From contig CDMY01000246.1 of assembly GCA_001179505.1 (NCBI GenBank), forward strand, positions 86,265 to 150,264: a stretch of 64,000 bases of DNA, read 5' to 3'. This stretch comes from Vitrella brassicaformis CCMP3155 (Eukaryota; Protista; Chromerida). Shown in pieces: positions 10,860 through 23,247 of this stretch. Position numbers and translations under genes: made by a program. The first letter of the stretch is position 1; each line of letters begins with the position of its first letter. Under the pieces are notes generated by a model. It was not told the origin of the DNA and ran no database searches. It saw only the letters and a list, made by a program, of their open reading frames with translations.

Positions 10860-13139
10860 ATGTCGGAGCCTAAGAAGCGGAAGGGGCCGCCTGATGGTGA
10901 CAGTGACGATCAGCTTCCCTTTCGGTCCACTCGGCCAGCCTTTGTCAGCGATGCGCTCCGCTCCATCGCTTGCCACTTCGACGACGCCGGACGGGCCCTC
11001 GCATTCAAGCAACAGGCCCTCGAAGAGATGCAGATCGCCAAACAGCGGCTGTTGAATGATACTGGCTGGCGGGAGGATGCCGCCGGCGACGCCAACCAGA
11101 AGCTGTACCTGTCAGTGGGCGGCACTCAGCGTGACGTTCCTCGCGGCTGGCTGACCAAGAAGGCCGACAGTCTGCTGGCGTTCATCTTCAGCGGCCATCT
11201 CGACGGGCGGCTGGTTCGCTGCACCGACGGATCCAATCGCATCTTCCTGGACCTTGACGGCGCTATCTTCGACAAGTTCCTGGACGCTCTGGCAACATTC
11301 GACGGCAGCAGCAGGGCGAGTCAGGCGCAGATCAGAGGTGAGCTCGGTGAGGCGTTCTTCTTCGATGCGCTGCTCAACAATCCCCTCCCCAACGTCACCC
11401 CCTCCCCCGGCCCCCCTCCCTCACACACGGACGCACCAGCTATGCCCCCTCAGATGCTCGAGGCCATGCCGTCAGGCGCCGCCATCATGGAAGACATCAA
11501 GTCGGTGTGTGTTGGGTACATGAAGGAGCATGCGGCCATTGACGCGCAGATCGATGACGTCAAGTGTACCATGCGGCAGCTAGAGGATCGCATGAAGCTG
11601 GCTGAGCCCTGGCTGCAGCCGTCGACGGGGGGCGGGGTGGGGGTGGTGAGTCTGAGTGTAGTCGGGATGACGCTTAGCACGACCACGGCCACTGTAGAGG
11701 CGTGTGGCGGAGACGACTCGCCATTCGCAAATCGCTTCAATGGGTGAGTACGGACACGACACATGCTAAGGGCAACACACGTGTGAACGCTTGTTTGCTC
11801 TTGCCTTAGGTCCTCGTTGGACGCCACCTCACCAGCGATTGTCCGCAAGGCCATCAATTTCGCCCGCCAACACCGCCTTGCACCCTCCCAATCCCTCGCC
11901 ATCCCCACCTTACAGGGTTCATCGGCCAACGGCACGCTGGAGCTGCGCCGGACACTCGAGATGTTCGGTCTCATCGGGCCGCATGGGCACTGTGTGCAGC
12001 GCATCGCACCGTCAACTCATTTTGGAGGTCCGGGGATGGGGATGTTAGCGGGGCGGGCGGAGCTGAATAGGCTTGTGGGCTGGCTTGAGGAGGAATGGAA
12101 CAAACCTGTAGAGGACATACGGTGCACATACAGGTACGCACGCGGATGTGGATAGGCGGAAGTACGCTGGCAACATGGATGTCTTTGTTCCTCAGTTGTT
12201 CGTCGGCAACCGCGTACGATGGCGCCGCCTTCCTGGCGAGCATCCCAGCACCCGAGGCGGAGAAGGGCTGGGTGAGTATGGCAGACGACAGCAATGCAAG
12301 CAGGTGGATACACTCGACACATGGTGCATTGCTGTGTCTGGATGTGCAGGTGTTCTTGTTGAAGAAGGGTCAGGAGGTGGTGGGTGCAGCCTGCCCCTTG
12401 GGGCTTAAAAAGGACACGAAATGGCTCCGTGCGGGGTACGTCATCATTTTGTGTGCAGCACGTGAGCACGTGAGCACGTGTGCACTCTTGTGTGTGTTGG
12501 CAATGAGCGCAGGTTGGCCACACCGCGTCAGAGGCGTCGCCGGCGGCGGGACGATGTTAGTAGTGAAGACGATTTTACTATCGTGGATGACGATTCCGAT
12601 GAGGACGAGTTCCCTCCAACACCACCACGTGAGCCGATGGTCACAGGTACGAGCCAACGGTCTTCCAGAGGCATATTGGTTGTGGGTGTGGGTGGCTTGG
12701 GCCTGTGTCAGGAGAGCCCGGGGGGCTCCCGGAGGAGCTGATGAAGATCGAGAACGCGGATGAGTGTACCGACTACCACCGCTCTTCGCAGGAGCCGATT
12801 CCCTTCCTCTGCAAGCTGGCCGACCCCGACCACCCCGACACCGTCACAAAGACGACAGGAGACCGATCGAGGGTCGTCGTCAGCAAGAGGGAACCGATCC
12901 TCGGTGACCGAGCGTTGAAGATCAGTGTACTGTCTTTGGGAGAGAAGGCCTTCTTCCACGGTCTCTCTGTGCACCTGACGTTCCCCTTTTACCCTGGCGT
13001 TTGTGCATTCAGTCAGACAGAGAGACCTCTCTTAAGCGGTGCACCAGCCATCCAGGGGTGCAATCAGATTGTGCGTGGAGGGTGGGATTTGGTCGAGGTG
13101 TGGCAGGTGTCCTACATGGGGCAGAGAGCCACGACATAG
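10860..13139 (+). CDS. KCTD-type BTB/POZ (x2) plus probable TLDc domain protein
   Basis: KLYLSVGGTQRDVPRGWL...SLLAFIFSG...RIFLDLDGAIFDKFLDAL (T1-type BTB). Second BTB-like VVSLSVVGMTLSTTTATV...RKAINFAR. TLDc-like ELNRLVGWL...CTYSCSSATAYDGAAF...VFLLKKGQEVVGA...LVEVWQV. Multi-exon; the last intron boundary is uncertain. Confidence 0.65.
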
Positions 13140-13219
13140 CTATGTTTGGGGGGACGGGACGTACATTCATGATGGACAGACATGTCGCGGGTGTACAGTG
13201 ATGATAATATTACTATCAA

Positions 13220-15044
13220 TCAAAGGCACATGTGTTGTCTTCTCCAGTCTGCCAACCCCTCACACACAGGCCTTAGAGCGTCAGAAGCCTTCTCATACAC
13301 ACACATCAGCTCACAAAACGCCCCCGCTTCACTCACACACGGCTCATAAGTCACACCATCTGCCAGGCCCTGTGTCTCCGCCATGGCCGCGCCAGCCAGC
13401 CCAACCAGCGAAGGCTCACAGGGCACCATCACACTCCTGTTGAGAGCGGTGCTGAGTGTCTGGGCGAGAAGAGAAGAGTTGGCGCATCCCCCAACCACCA
13501 CAACCGGCTGAGATGAAGACACATCCACAACCGATGGCATGTACTTCTCGAGGTGTCGAATCAGCCGGGCTGCCTGGAACGCCACGCCCTCGTGGACGGC
13601 GCGGCAGAGGTCGGCAGGCGAGGTCGATGCCGTCACCCCGATAAACGCGCCGGATGCATTTGGACCTGCCCACACAGACATCAAGAGATACCTCCACGGC
13701 ATCCAAGCAGCGAAAATACCCATGGTTCCGCACTTACAGTTGTCAGGCGATCTCTCCCCCTTGAGGTGCGGCAACCAGAGCACGCCTCCGCCACCAACTC
13801 GACCCTCAGACGCCATAGCCTCCATCCCTTTCCCCACGCCGGCTCCGATCTGCAGGCCCTCCAGCCACTCAAAGTTGCCTCCAGCCGTCAGCATTGGCGC
13901 AGCAAGGACAACACGGGAGGGATCATAGTGATACGCCAACGTGAAGATCCCCTCAGTGGCCGCAGGTGGGGACGAGCCAGGGGGTAGCAGGGTGGCTGCC
14001 CAGCCAGATGTGCCGAGGTAGAGATAGGTGGGACAGACAGACGCCGGCTGTGTGTTGGAGGTGGGGGTGGGGGCGAAGGAGAGGGCGCCGTGGGTGATGG
14101 AGGCGACGTCTCCACCGGCGTGATAGACTTGAGCGCCTCGGATCCATTGCAGCACTCTGTCAGCGCCATCCACATTGGCGACACTCTTCCCTCCCACCGT
14201 CACAGCGCCAACCACCTCCCCTGCTGCCGCAATCCGAGGCAGCGCCTCAACCAACCCTTCAGCCACACCAGTCCTCAGCAGAACCTCCTTCGCCCACAAG
14301 GCTTCCCCTCCGGCGTCATTCTGCCCCCTCCACACCTTCTCCATCTCATGAACGCTCAGCAGTCCAGTAGTTGACGCGTTGGTCACGTCCGTCACGCACT
14401 CGCCCGTCAGCCAGTGGATGAGATAGTCGGCTGCGCCGAGCAGGACTTGTCGGCATTGTCTAGCTGCGTCGGGATGGTGCTTCATGACCCAGAGCAGCTT
14501 TGCGGGGAGGGACGATGGCCCCTTGAAGGATAGCAAGGTGGACGAAAGGTCAGGAGGGATGGATGCCGCCTCGTCGATGGCGCGGCTGTCGCTGTAGAGC
14601 AGGCAGGGAGCGATGGGGAGCAGGCCGAGAGCCGCATCTCCATCTGTGTGGCCGAGCATCATCACTGAACAGAGAGAGGAAAGGACACACACAATGAGTG
14701 CGCTCATGGCCCTGTTGGGTGTGCCTTGCTGACGTGTTTGCATGAGTCCGCTGACGCAGATCTTGGTCGGCTTGCAGTGCGGCTCTTGTGTCATGATGGC
14801 ATCCAGCCCCTTGACGACCATCTCAGCCCAGCAGCTGGGGTCCACTTCGCCCTGCGCCATCTTTGTCCGGCACGATGGCGGATAGCGCTGCGTGCTCGTT
14901 GCGATGATGGACACTCTCGATGCCTAATCAGCAAGCAAACTGAGGGAGAAGGCAACTGCAAGGAGAGGGGGTCGCGCTGCTTACCTCGTCTGTGTTTATG
15001 AGTGCCACTTTCACGCTCGTCGAGCCAAGATCTACACACAGCAT
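13220..15044 (-). CDS. xylB: FGGY-family carbohydrate kinase, xylulokinase-like
   Basis: First exon MLCVDLGSTSVKVAL (phosphate-1 motif), CLLYSDSRA, GAADYLIHWLTG...TDVTNASTTGLL, GGDVA, YLYLGTSGW, LPHLKGERSP, RAVHEGVAF, VVGGCANS. Substrate assignment is by family resemblance only. Confidence 0.85.
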
Positions 15045-15146
15045 GATGAGCTCTGACGATGAGGATCAACCGCGGATCTGGAGGAGGAGCTTCTCGAGCT
15101 CGCGTCTGATCCGGGCCGAATTCAGAGCGTGAGAATAGCCGACAGG

Positions 15147-17870
15147 ATGAGGGACAGGGACAGATCTCTAGAAGACGTCCGGGAGCCCGAGCGCGTCGAA
15201 CCCGTCACCACCATCGTCCTCAACTGCTGCAACCTTGGTCAGCTGATGAGATGAGATCCACAGATTTGGATGGATGAGGACGCCCAGTGGTATGGTGTGT
15301 GTATGCGTCTGCCGGTCTGTGCGTCAGGTCGCGACTATGCCTTCTCCAAGTTGAGTGCGAGCCCTCCGCCTACGAATTTCGACTGGAACGGCGTGCGGAA
15401 GGCTTTGGAGTACTACGACAGCCGCAAGAAGAAGGCCAAGATCATGGGCATCGTCACCCACCGCATTCTCAGAGACCACCCTGTGAGGTGCCAGCCAGAT
15501 ACGATGGATGGATGGATGGATGTGTGAAAAGAATCTGTGTGTGTGTTGTTGTTGTGTTGTGCAGCTGCCGAAGGACCTGCTTCAGAGGAAGTTCATTCGT
15601 GCCGAGTGGAGCGACGCGCCGACGAGAGATCTGCCGGATGTGGACATGACGAGCACACTGAGGACTGGTGAGGCTCGGTGCGGGAAGACGCACAGAAAGA
15701 AATCCCTCTCGCTCACCGTGTGTTGTGTGTGATCAGCACAGGAGCACGACGCTCAATTCGTGTGCAACGACGAGTACCTCTGCTGGGAGGAAGACCCACC
15801 CAACGACATCAGGAAGTTCATCATTGGGTCAGCACGCCTCCACACAAACGCACCTCCACACACTCGTGTCGCTATACCGTTTGTTTGTGTGTGTGCTTGT
15901 GCTGCCGACATCTGTCTGATTCATGTCAGCAAGGGTGCGTCCCACCAGGTTCAGTATTTGTTTCTGCCGAGCGGTCACTTCATGCCCAGCCAAATCCCGT
16001 GGCCTGAGGGGCCGCCCAACCCGCCGCCACACCTGCCCAACAGAACCGCTAGAGGCGCACACACATACCGACAGGTGAGCAGGTGGGGTGGGTGGCAAGG
16101 GTGGTGGAGAGTGGATGGGTGTGTATGTGTGTGTTGTGTGTGTGTTGTGTGTGGTGCAGTGTTTCATGACGCGTGACCGTTTGTCGACCATGCTGCGCGA
16201 TGCCCAAGTGAGCCTCAGCAAGGCCGACGAGGAGCAACTTCTGCAGAAACTCAACAACATAGAGGTGAGGCCACCCAGCCACAACCCCTCTACACACACA
16301 CACACACACACACACATACACACACTGCTGGCACGAGTGTGCTGTGTGCTGTGCGTTGTATGGGTCAGATGGATTTGATGATCGACCCCAACACCGACCC
16401 CCGCCCGACGTTGTCCAAGAACGTGGCCGCCACCGTGTACGAGCGGGCCCTCGAGTCGGGCGTCGGTGATGTAGAACCGGTGGGTTCCTTCAACGCACCC
16501 AACACGACGCCACAGCACACCCCTTTGAATCTGTGTGTTATGTTCGTTGTGTGTGGCAGTTAGAGTGCGTGGCGTTTCTGCTGCACTCGCAGGCCATAGT
16601 GCAGCACATCTACATGGACGTAAGGACGGACGGATACACAGACATACATATATACGCGCAGCGAGGCAGCCGACAGGCCAAAGGAAGAAATGACGTGTGG
16701 TGTGGTATGGTCCGTGGTCTGCTGTGTGTGTGGTGTGCAGGTGTATGCGGAGGTGACAGTGCGGCTGGCGGAGTACTTCGACTCCAAAATGAGCTCCAAA
16801 AACTTCGCAAAGTATAGGCATTTAGGGAGGGTGGCTCACACGCAGCCATCCATCCATCCATGCATCCATCGGGCATGCACATATGTGTGGTGTGGTGTGT
16901 GTGGTCAGGTTGGTGGTGCGTCAGTGCGAGCAGTGTTTCGAGGAGGAGGGCATCAAGGGCGCCCTCTGCGTTAGCGGAATGAGTACACGCACACACACTG
17001 ACCCACACACAACAGTACAGTACAATGCCACAGACACATCTTCTGTCTGTCTGTTCCTCTCTCTGATCAGACGACCGCAGCACCCCCACGTGTTTCAACT
17101 TCGTCCGACGCCTGCTCGGCACACTCAAACTGCTCGGTCGGGCCGGTGCACACACCACACACAACACATGACACGTGTCCGTCCAGTCCATGGTCACTCG
17201 TCATTTTCGTCGAATGCATTTCGTCTGTCGCTGCTGAATGAATGTGTTGATTCGTTCGTTCGTTCGTTCAGGTCGTCTGATAGCGAATGGTGTGTGTCAG
17301 CAGCCGTCCGTCGTCTTCGACATCGCCCGGAGCGTCCAGACCGTCGGAGGCGAAAACTGGAAGGCCGAATGGCACCTGGTCCGGGGGATGTGATGTGCAC
17401 AGGCAGACAGACAGAGGATGCTCACACGGTGGTGGTGTGTTCTTCTAATTTGCAGGAGGGTTTGTGTGCGTTGCTGGCCTCCGTGACCTCCATGCTGGCC
17501 AAGGACGTACGCAGCGTACAACGACCCTCTTTATCTCGTGTGATTCAGCTGATGTGTGTATGTGTGTGTGGTGTGTGTTTCCCTTGGCAGCCTGTTCGCG
17601 TGAAGGATTTGGACGAGGTCTACAACAAGCTGACGCAGCTGAGCAACAGCATCGACAGGAAGCGCAAACAACACATCAAAGACCTCATCAAAGTCACTCA
17701 CCGACACACACGCGCACCATGATCGATATGCATCTCTGTATGTGTGGGTGCAGGTCGTCCGCGACATCCGTGCCAGCTGCGCCAAGGCCACCCCCGCGCA
17801 GGCGTCCGATAGCCCAGGCGCCTCACCAGCTGCAGCGTCGTCAAGTGCGGCGCGTGTGCCCTCCCAGTGA
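15147..17870 (+). CDS. Regnase/Zc3h12a-type NYN (PIN) RNase domain fused to a MIF4G-like domain
   Basis: Spliced N-terminus TIVLNCCNLG...FDWNGVRKALEYYDSR...PDVDM...AQEHDAQFVCNDEY...RKFI...HQVQYLFLPSGHFMP parallels the Regnase PIN motifs. C-terminal half VAATVYERALE...VYAEVTVRL...NFAKLVVRQCEQCF...EGLCALLASV...LDEVYNKL...KQHIKDLIK parallels the eIF4G MIF4G helices. Exon phases compatible where checked; stop at 17868-17870. Confidence 0.65.
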
Positions 17871-18111
17871 CTGACCGACCGAAGCGTCGCTATAGCATAG
17901 TGTAGTCGAATGAATGACTGTATGTAGAGAAGCCCGCCTAGGCCCGCCACACACTGACGGGTGGTTGGTGACCAGTGCTTTCCTGGGTGGCTATGTGTGT
18001 GAATAGGGGAGGGAGAGAGCGGCGCATGTGTGCGAGTGAGTGTGTACGGTCCTTCACGATGGCGTGTGAGTTTACGATTGGCGGAGTTTCTTTGCGCCAA
18101 TCGTCATCGCA

Positions 18112-19526
18112 ATGTTTTCAGGACTTCATAGCAATGTTTTTGGCCAGGCTCGCCCGTCGCCTCAGCCGCGGGCGCTGCTCGAAGACGCTCTTCTCTTTGC
18201 CCGCGCTGCTCGCAACCCCGCCGCACCTGTGCTTCGTCCCATCCCTGAGGACCTTCCGGCTCCTCCTCGGAGCCCTGCCCGTCCGGCCGCTCCCCGCCGT
18301 GCTCGCAACTCTCCTGTGCCGGTGCGTTTCCCCAGTGTCGACGCCAACCTCATCGCAGTGCTTGACAGAGGTGAGTGACCAACGACACAGACGATAACTC
18401 GTGACACAAAAATCATCTGTTTGCCTGTCTGGTGGAAACAGTGCCTGACGAGGAGTTTGCCGATGACGTGCCTCGGTGCCCGCTGACGCTCACCGTGCCG
18501 CGGACACCCGTGACCACACCGTCAGGTCACGCAACGAACACCAAACGCTCAAGCAAACGCTCATCTTCTTGTGATTGTCTTCTGTGATGCGCACCATTAT
18601 GCAGGCAACTGCTACGACCTGTCCCCTCTTCGCAAGCACATCCGCACCAACGCTCCCTACGCCAAGTCGCCCATGACGCGACAGCTGCTGCGCGAAGAGG
18701 ATCTGCGTCCGGACCGCTCCGCCCTGCACCACATCGAAAGATGCGCCAAGAAGGTAGCTGCCTGCCAGCATACACGCCCACACACACGGAACATCCGGAC
18801 GGGCAAGTTTGTTTGTGTGTAGATTTGGGATGACCAGCAGGCGGCGATTCAGCAGGCCAGTGAGAGTGCATCGGCGGCGGCGGCGGCGGCGGCGTCCTCA
18901 AACGCACACGATGACAACGAGACTGACCAGACCAGCAATAGTACGCACGTACCAACAGATGCATCATGGACCTTTGTGTCATGGTGCTGTGGTGCTGTGC
19001 TGTGTTGTGTTGTGTTGTATCGTGTAGGCATGACTCTTGTGAAGGAGCTGTGGGGGCGCTACAAGCATAAGATCACCATGACACACAATGACCTGACACC
19101 GACACCCAAACTCATCGATGCGGTGAAAACACCATCACAGCACAACACAGCACAACACAACGCATGCCTCTGCGCGCCTCTCCGTCTGTGTGTATGCTGT
19201 TCAGTTCCTGACCGACAAGCACACAGACACAATGGATGTGCTCGAGTGGCACAAGGAGCAGATCAAGAAGCAGTCCAAGAAACACGTAAGGACCCCCACA
19301 CACACCAACACCACATCACACCAATGTGTGTGTCCACTTGTATCAGCTCAAGGAGATTCATGACGTCGTGTCGCATTCTTTCGAGAAGGAGATGGTCGCG
19401 TGGCTCAATAGCTACAGTCGCACAACCCAGCAGGCCGGCTACACCAAACGACGATCCCTCACAGGCTTCCACCCCACACTCATCCGTGATGCTGTCTCGG
19501 CCATTCTCAAGGAGGCGCTCAAGTGA
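18112..19526 (+). CDS. U-box domain protein (putative E3 ubiquitin ligase)
   Basis: CPLTLTVPRTPVTTPSGNCYDLSPLRKHIRTNAPYAKSPMTRQLLREEDLRPD matches the U-box pattern. Pro-rich N-terminus; 7 exons. Confidence 0.75.
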
Positions 19527-20595
19527 CCACACCACCAACCCCCCACGACACAGACCCATCAAGTGAGCAACGGAGCGCACAAGGGAGGGATGTGGGTCAT
19601 GCGCCTGCTGTGCTGCCATTCAGGTGTCGATGTATCATGTGGTCGTGAATTCAGTGGAAGTGGCTGGCACATGTCCTTCCATGTGTGTGTGTGGTGCATG
19701 CCATGGATGGGTGAGAGATTCCAAGAAAGAGAGACAGACAGAGAAACAGAAGAGACAGACAGCAATTCCGACAGACCGGAAAGCAGGCAGTAATTCACAC
19801 ATGCAGACACAGCACAGCCTGTGTGTGCCTTCTCTCGCCCTCCATGTACCGACAGACGTGTGTGTGTATGTCTGAATGCGTGTCTACATGTTTGTGTATG
19901 GCAGTGGACATCGCTTCCATGATGAAAGAGTACTTACGTCTGTCCAGTTCGTTCTCATGAATGCGGCAAGCCACTCAACATCAGCCTTCCATTTGTTTTG
20001 CACTTGGTCCAGCCTCCCACACAGCGACCCAGCCACCACGCAGCACGCACCTTGCCGGCGACACCGTCCCGTCTTCCTATCCTTCTACACCAGCGGCACA
20101 TAGCGCTGGACAAACGCACACAAAGCAATGGCATGCAGCAAATGTCTGGCTGCACGCCGACTAGCTGTATGGCTCACCACTCCGAATATCTTTTTCTGTC
20201 TGGTGTGTCCGCTGGCGTCCTTGGTGACCTCATACAGGTCCTGCGGGCCTCCCTCTGGACCCAAAGGGATCATCATGGAAGTGTCTCATCCGCCCGCCAT
20301 CGATATCCGATCCCTCAGACACACTCACCCTCAAAAAGGGCCGGTCGCCGATGCGTCGTTAGGGGTTAGCTGAGCACTTCAGCGCTCCCCCTGCCCACCT
20401 GCAATGGGAAAAAGCCTCCCAGCAGGATCGGCAAACCCTGCGAGCTTAGACGTCGCAAAGAGGGGCCTCACCGCCGAGTCTTCCCATCTGCAATCCCGAG
20501 ATGGAGGGTCATGCGACTCATCGCAGGGGTTTGATTGCTGCCGCCTTTGCTGTCTGATAGCTTTGTCGCTGGTTCTCCGCCACCAGCTCATCTGG

Positions 20596-23247
20596 ATGGA
20601 CGTCAATCAGGTGAGTTCAGACACACGAGCACAGAAGAGAGAACTCACGCGGAGAAAGGGCGCCACCACGCTTTTGGTTTCTCTGCGTTCAGTTTGTTGC
20701 GAATGCCCGTTCCGTGAAGGACAGCCTGGTGCTGCTCCTCGACCAAGATCCCGCCACCGTCGCCGCACAGGTGGGTTGCACTGACTGGCTGAGTAAACAT
20801 TGACGAGGAGCCGCTCACTGTGTCCTTGATTGATGCAGGCGTCGTCGCCCGAGGCATGGCTTGAATCATCAGCTGGGCTCGATAGCCCCACTGCTGAGCA
20901 CCCTCACGACCCGGCTCCAGCAGGGAGGGCCCACCCTCACCAGTGCTGTAGTTGTAGATGCACCCACGTCGACCACAGAGGCCGCTGCTGCAACGGGAGC
21001 CGCACACACAGAGCCACGGGTGGGGAGAGTTGGGGTGCGTGGCCGTCCGTCCGTGGTCATCTGTGCAGGGATCCGCCCTCTGCGTTGCGGGTGTCGTGTT
21101 GTATTGTTGCATTGCAGGCGCCTGTGAACACTGGTGGCCCATCGTTTCGTCGCATCCATACCACCGGCAACCCTCCACCGGTCAACGTTAACCAAGGACC
21201 GGTAAGGGCCACGCACAAGAATGAGTGTGATGCAATCAGCTCATGGCGTGTTGCCGTCCTGTTGGTTGTCACTTCAGGCTCGTCGTCGTCTCTCGCGTGA
21301 CGAATTGGCGAATGTGTTCGGCCACCTGCAGCCCTGGGAGCTGACGCGACACCGCCGGCCCCCTCGGCACGACCCTCGTCCATCAGTCGGCAGCCAACTA
21401 CACCAAACTGGTCATCGACTGCAATAAGGGCGACAAGGCGCGGCCCATGTGGGAAGCCATTCCACTGGCCGTGGCGCACAGGTGGGGCAAGAGGGCGACC
21501 AACGTGCGAGAGATCAAGCACCGCCATCCTGAGATGCGATGGGCTTGGTGTCGCGGGACCTGGGTGGCCTTAGTGGAGGGACACACCATCGGCCGGGCGG
21601 CCATAGCAGACAAGAAACGACGAGAGACAGCTGCTGCCGCGGCAGCTCAAGATGATGATGGCAGCTGGTCGGCCGACGAGGGCACGTTGGAGGTGCTGTC
21701 CTTCGAGGCCGTCGAGCTCGGTTCCAGCATTCGCATCCCCTACCCTCCCCCCTCATCTGATCTGCCCGCCGCCCCCTCCGCCCCCGTCAACCTGCCCGCA
21801 CTCAAGACCGTCGACAACATACCCAGCGAGTGCCTGGCTGCTCGCGTGGGGCGCCAGTGGCGGACACCTGCCGTGAAGACGCTCATCACTCGAGGCTATT
21901 TCAGTGCGTCAGAGGAGGCTGTGAAGGCGTGGGTGGTCGACTGTGAGGCCATTGAGGTGCTCGACCCCGCCATTTTGGGCGCCGCCGATGCGGCGGATGT
22001 GCTGAGTGCGCTGCCCGCTCACGGGAAGTCGCTCGGGTCACTTCGCACACTGCGAGGCGTCTGGATCGGTAGCAGCTCCGCCGACATCGACCGACTGCGT
22101 GAGGTGTTGGTGGCGAGGGGGGTCAAGCGGTGGATCAGCGAGCTCAAGATCGACATGGGTGGCCATCTGGGGAACACAGACGAGGAATGGGAGAGACTGC
22201 AGAAGACCGCACAGCTCGTGTGAGGACAGATAAGAAGGGAGAGGGGTTCAACCCCAGATGTGCTCGTCTTTTCGTGGTGCATTTCTGCAGTGACGCTGTG
22301 GCGCATCGTGAGGCGTTGTCGAGGCGCATTGTGGGCAACATCATTTGGCGTGGATCCATCGACCTGGAGCTCATCTCCCGCACCAGCAGCAGCGGCACTC
22401 CCCTTATGCAGCGGATCATTGACAACTACGCCAAGGGAGCCCACGTCGTCGCCTACAGCGGAGGTGACGAGGCCATCCCTGCAGCCATCACCGACGACTC
22501 ATTCCCAGCCGCCCACACCCTGCAGCTGCTGGACGATGCCCTCGACGATGAGGCCAAGAAGGAGCGCGCCCTCAATATCGCCTCACACATGCCCAGCCTA
22601 TCGTGTATCAAGACAGGAGACGGCGAGGTCGGGGAGGTGATGGACGCACCCGTCCGTGAGGTCTGGCGCTTTCTCGAGTGGCTGCAGGAGGCGCTGGTCA
22701 GCAAGGGGAGGGAGAGGAGCCTGACGCTGGAGATCGTCGTGTCGGCCGCCGACTTCACAGCACCCCTCAGCGGTGGCCGAAGCCCGGCGCTGTGGGGTCA
22801 GGGCAGTAACGCCAAACGGCCGCCGATCGAGAAAGTGTCCGTCTCTATTGATGGTGAGCGGTGACGGGAATAAGCAGGGACAGCCGTTGGCCGCGTCGTC
22901 GGTGCATGGCGATCATGTTTGTGCACTGTGTTCGTGTTCAATTTACCGCAGGCGATGTAGCGGATGACGAGTTGGAGAGATGGTACCAGCACGTGATGGC
23001 CTCGCTCAACTCATTCAACCACAAGCTCAAGGTGCGACGCGCACCACCCACACACACAGATGACTCACTGCCGGACAATGAATGACAGGGCCACAAGAGG
23101 ACCACTGTGTGCTTTGAGGACGACGCCGTGCGCACCTACTTCGAGCAGCGTTTCCTGGCTGAGCTGGCCGGACTCAACCTCAATGGCGGCCCGTACGAGT
23201 TCAGCTTCTCCGATTTCTCGCTGGTTGTTGAGCGGCTGGACACATAG
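20596..23247 (+). pseudogene. F-box-like/LRR-like family copy 3, with +1 frameshift
   Basis: First exon MDVNQ|GTGAG at 20596. Family exons to VVERLDT* (23247). C5 run at 21359-21363, where other copies have C4, shifts RRPLGT into RRPPRH. Confidence 0.7.
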
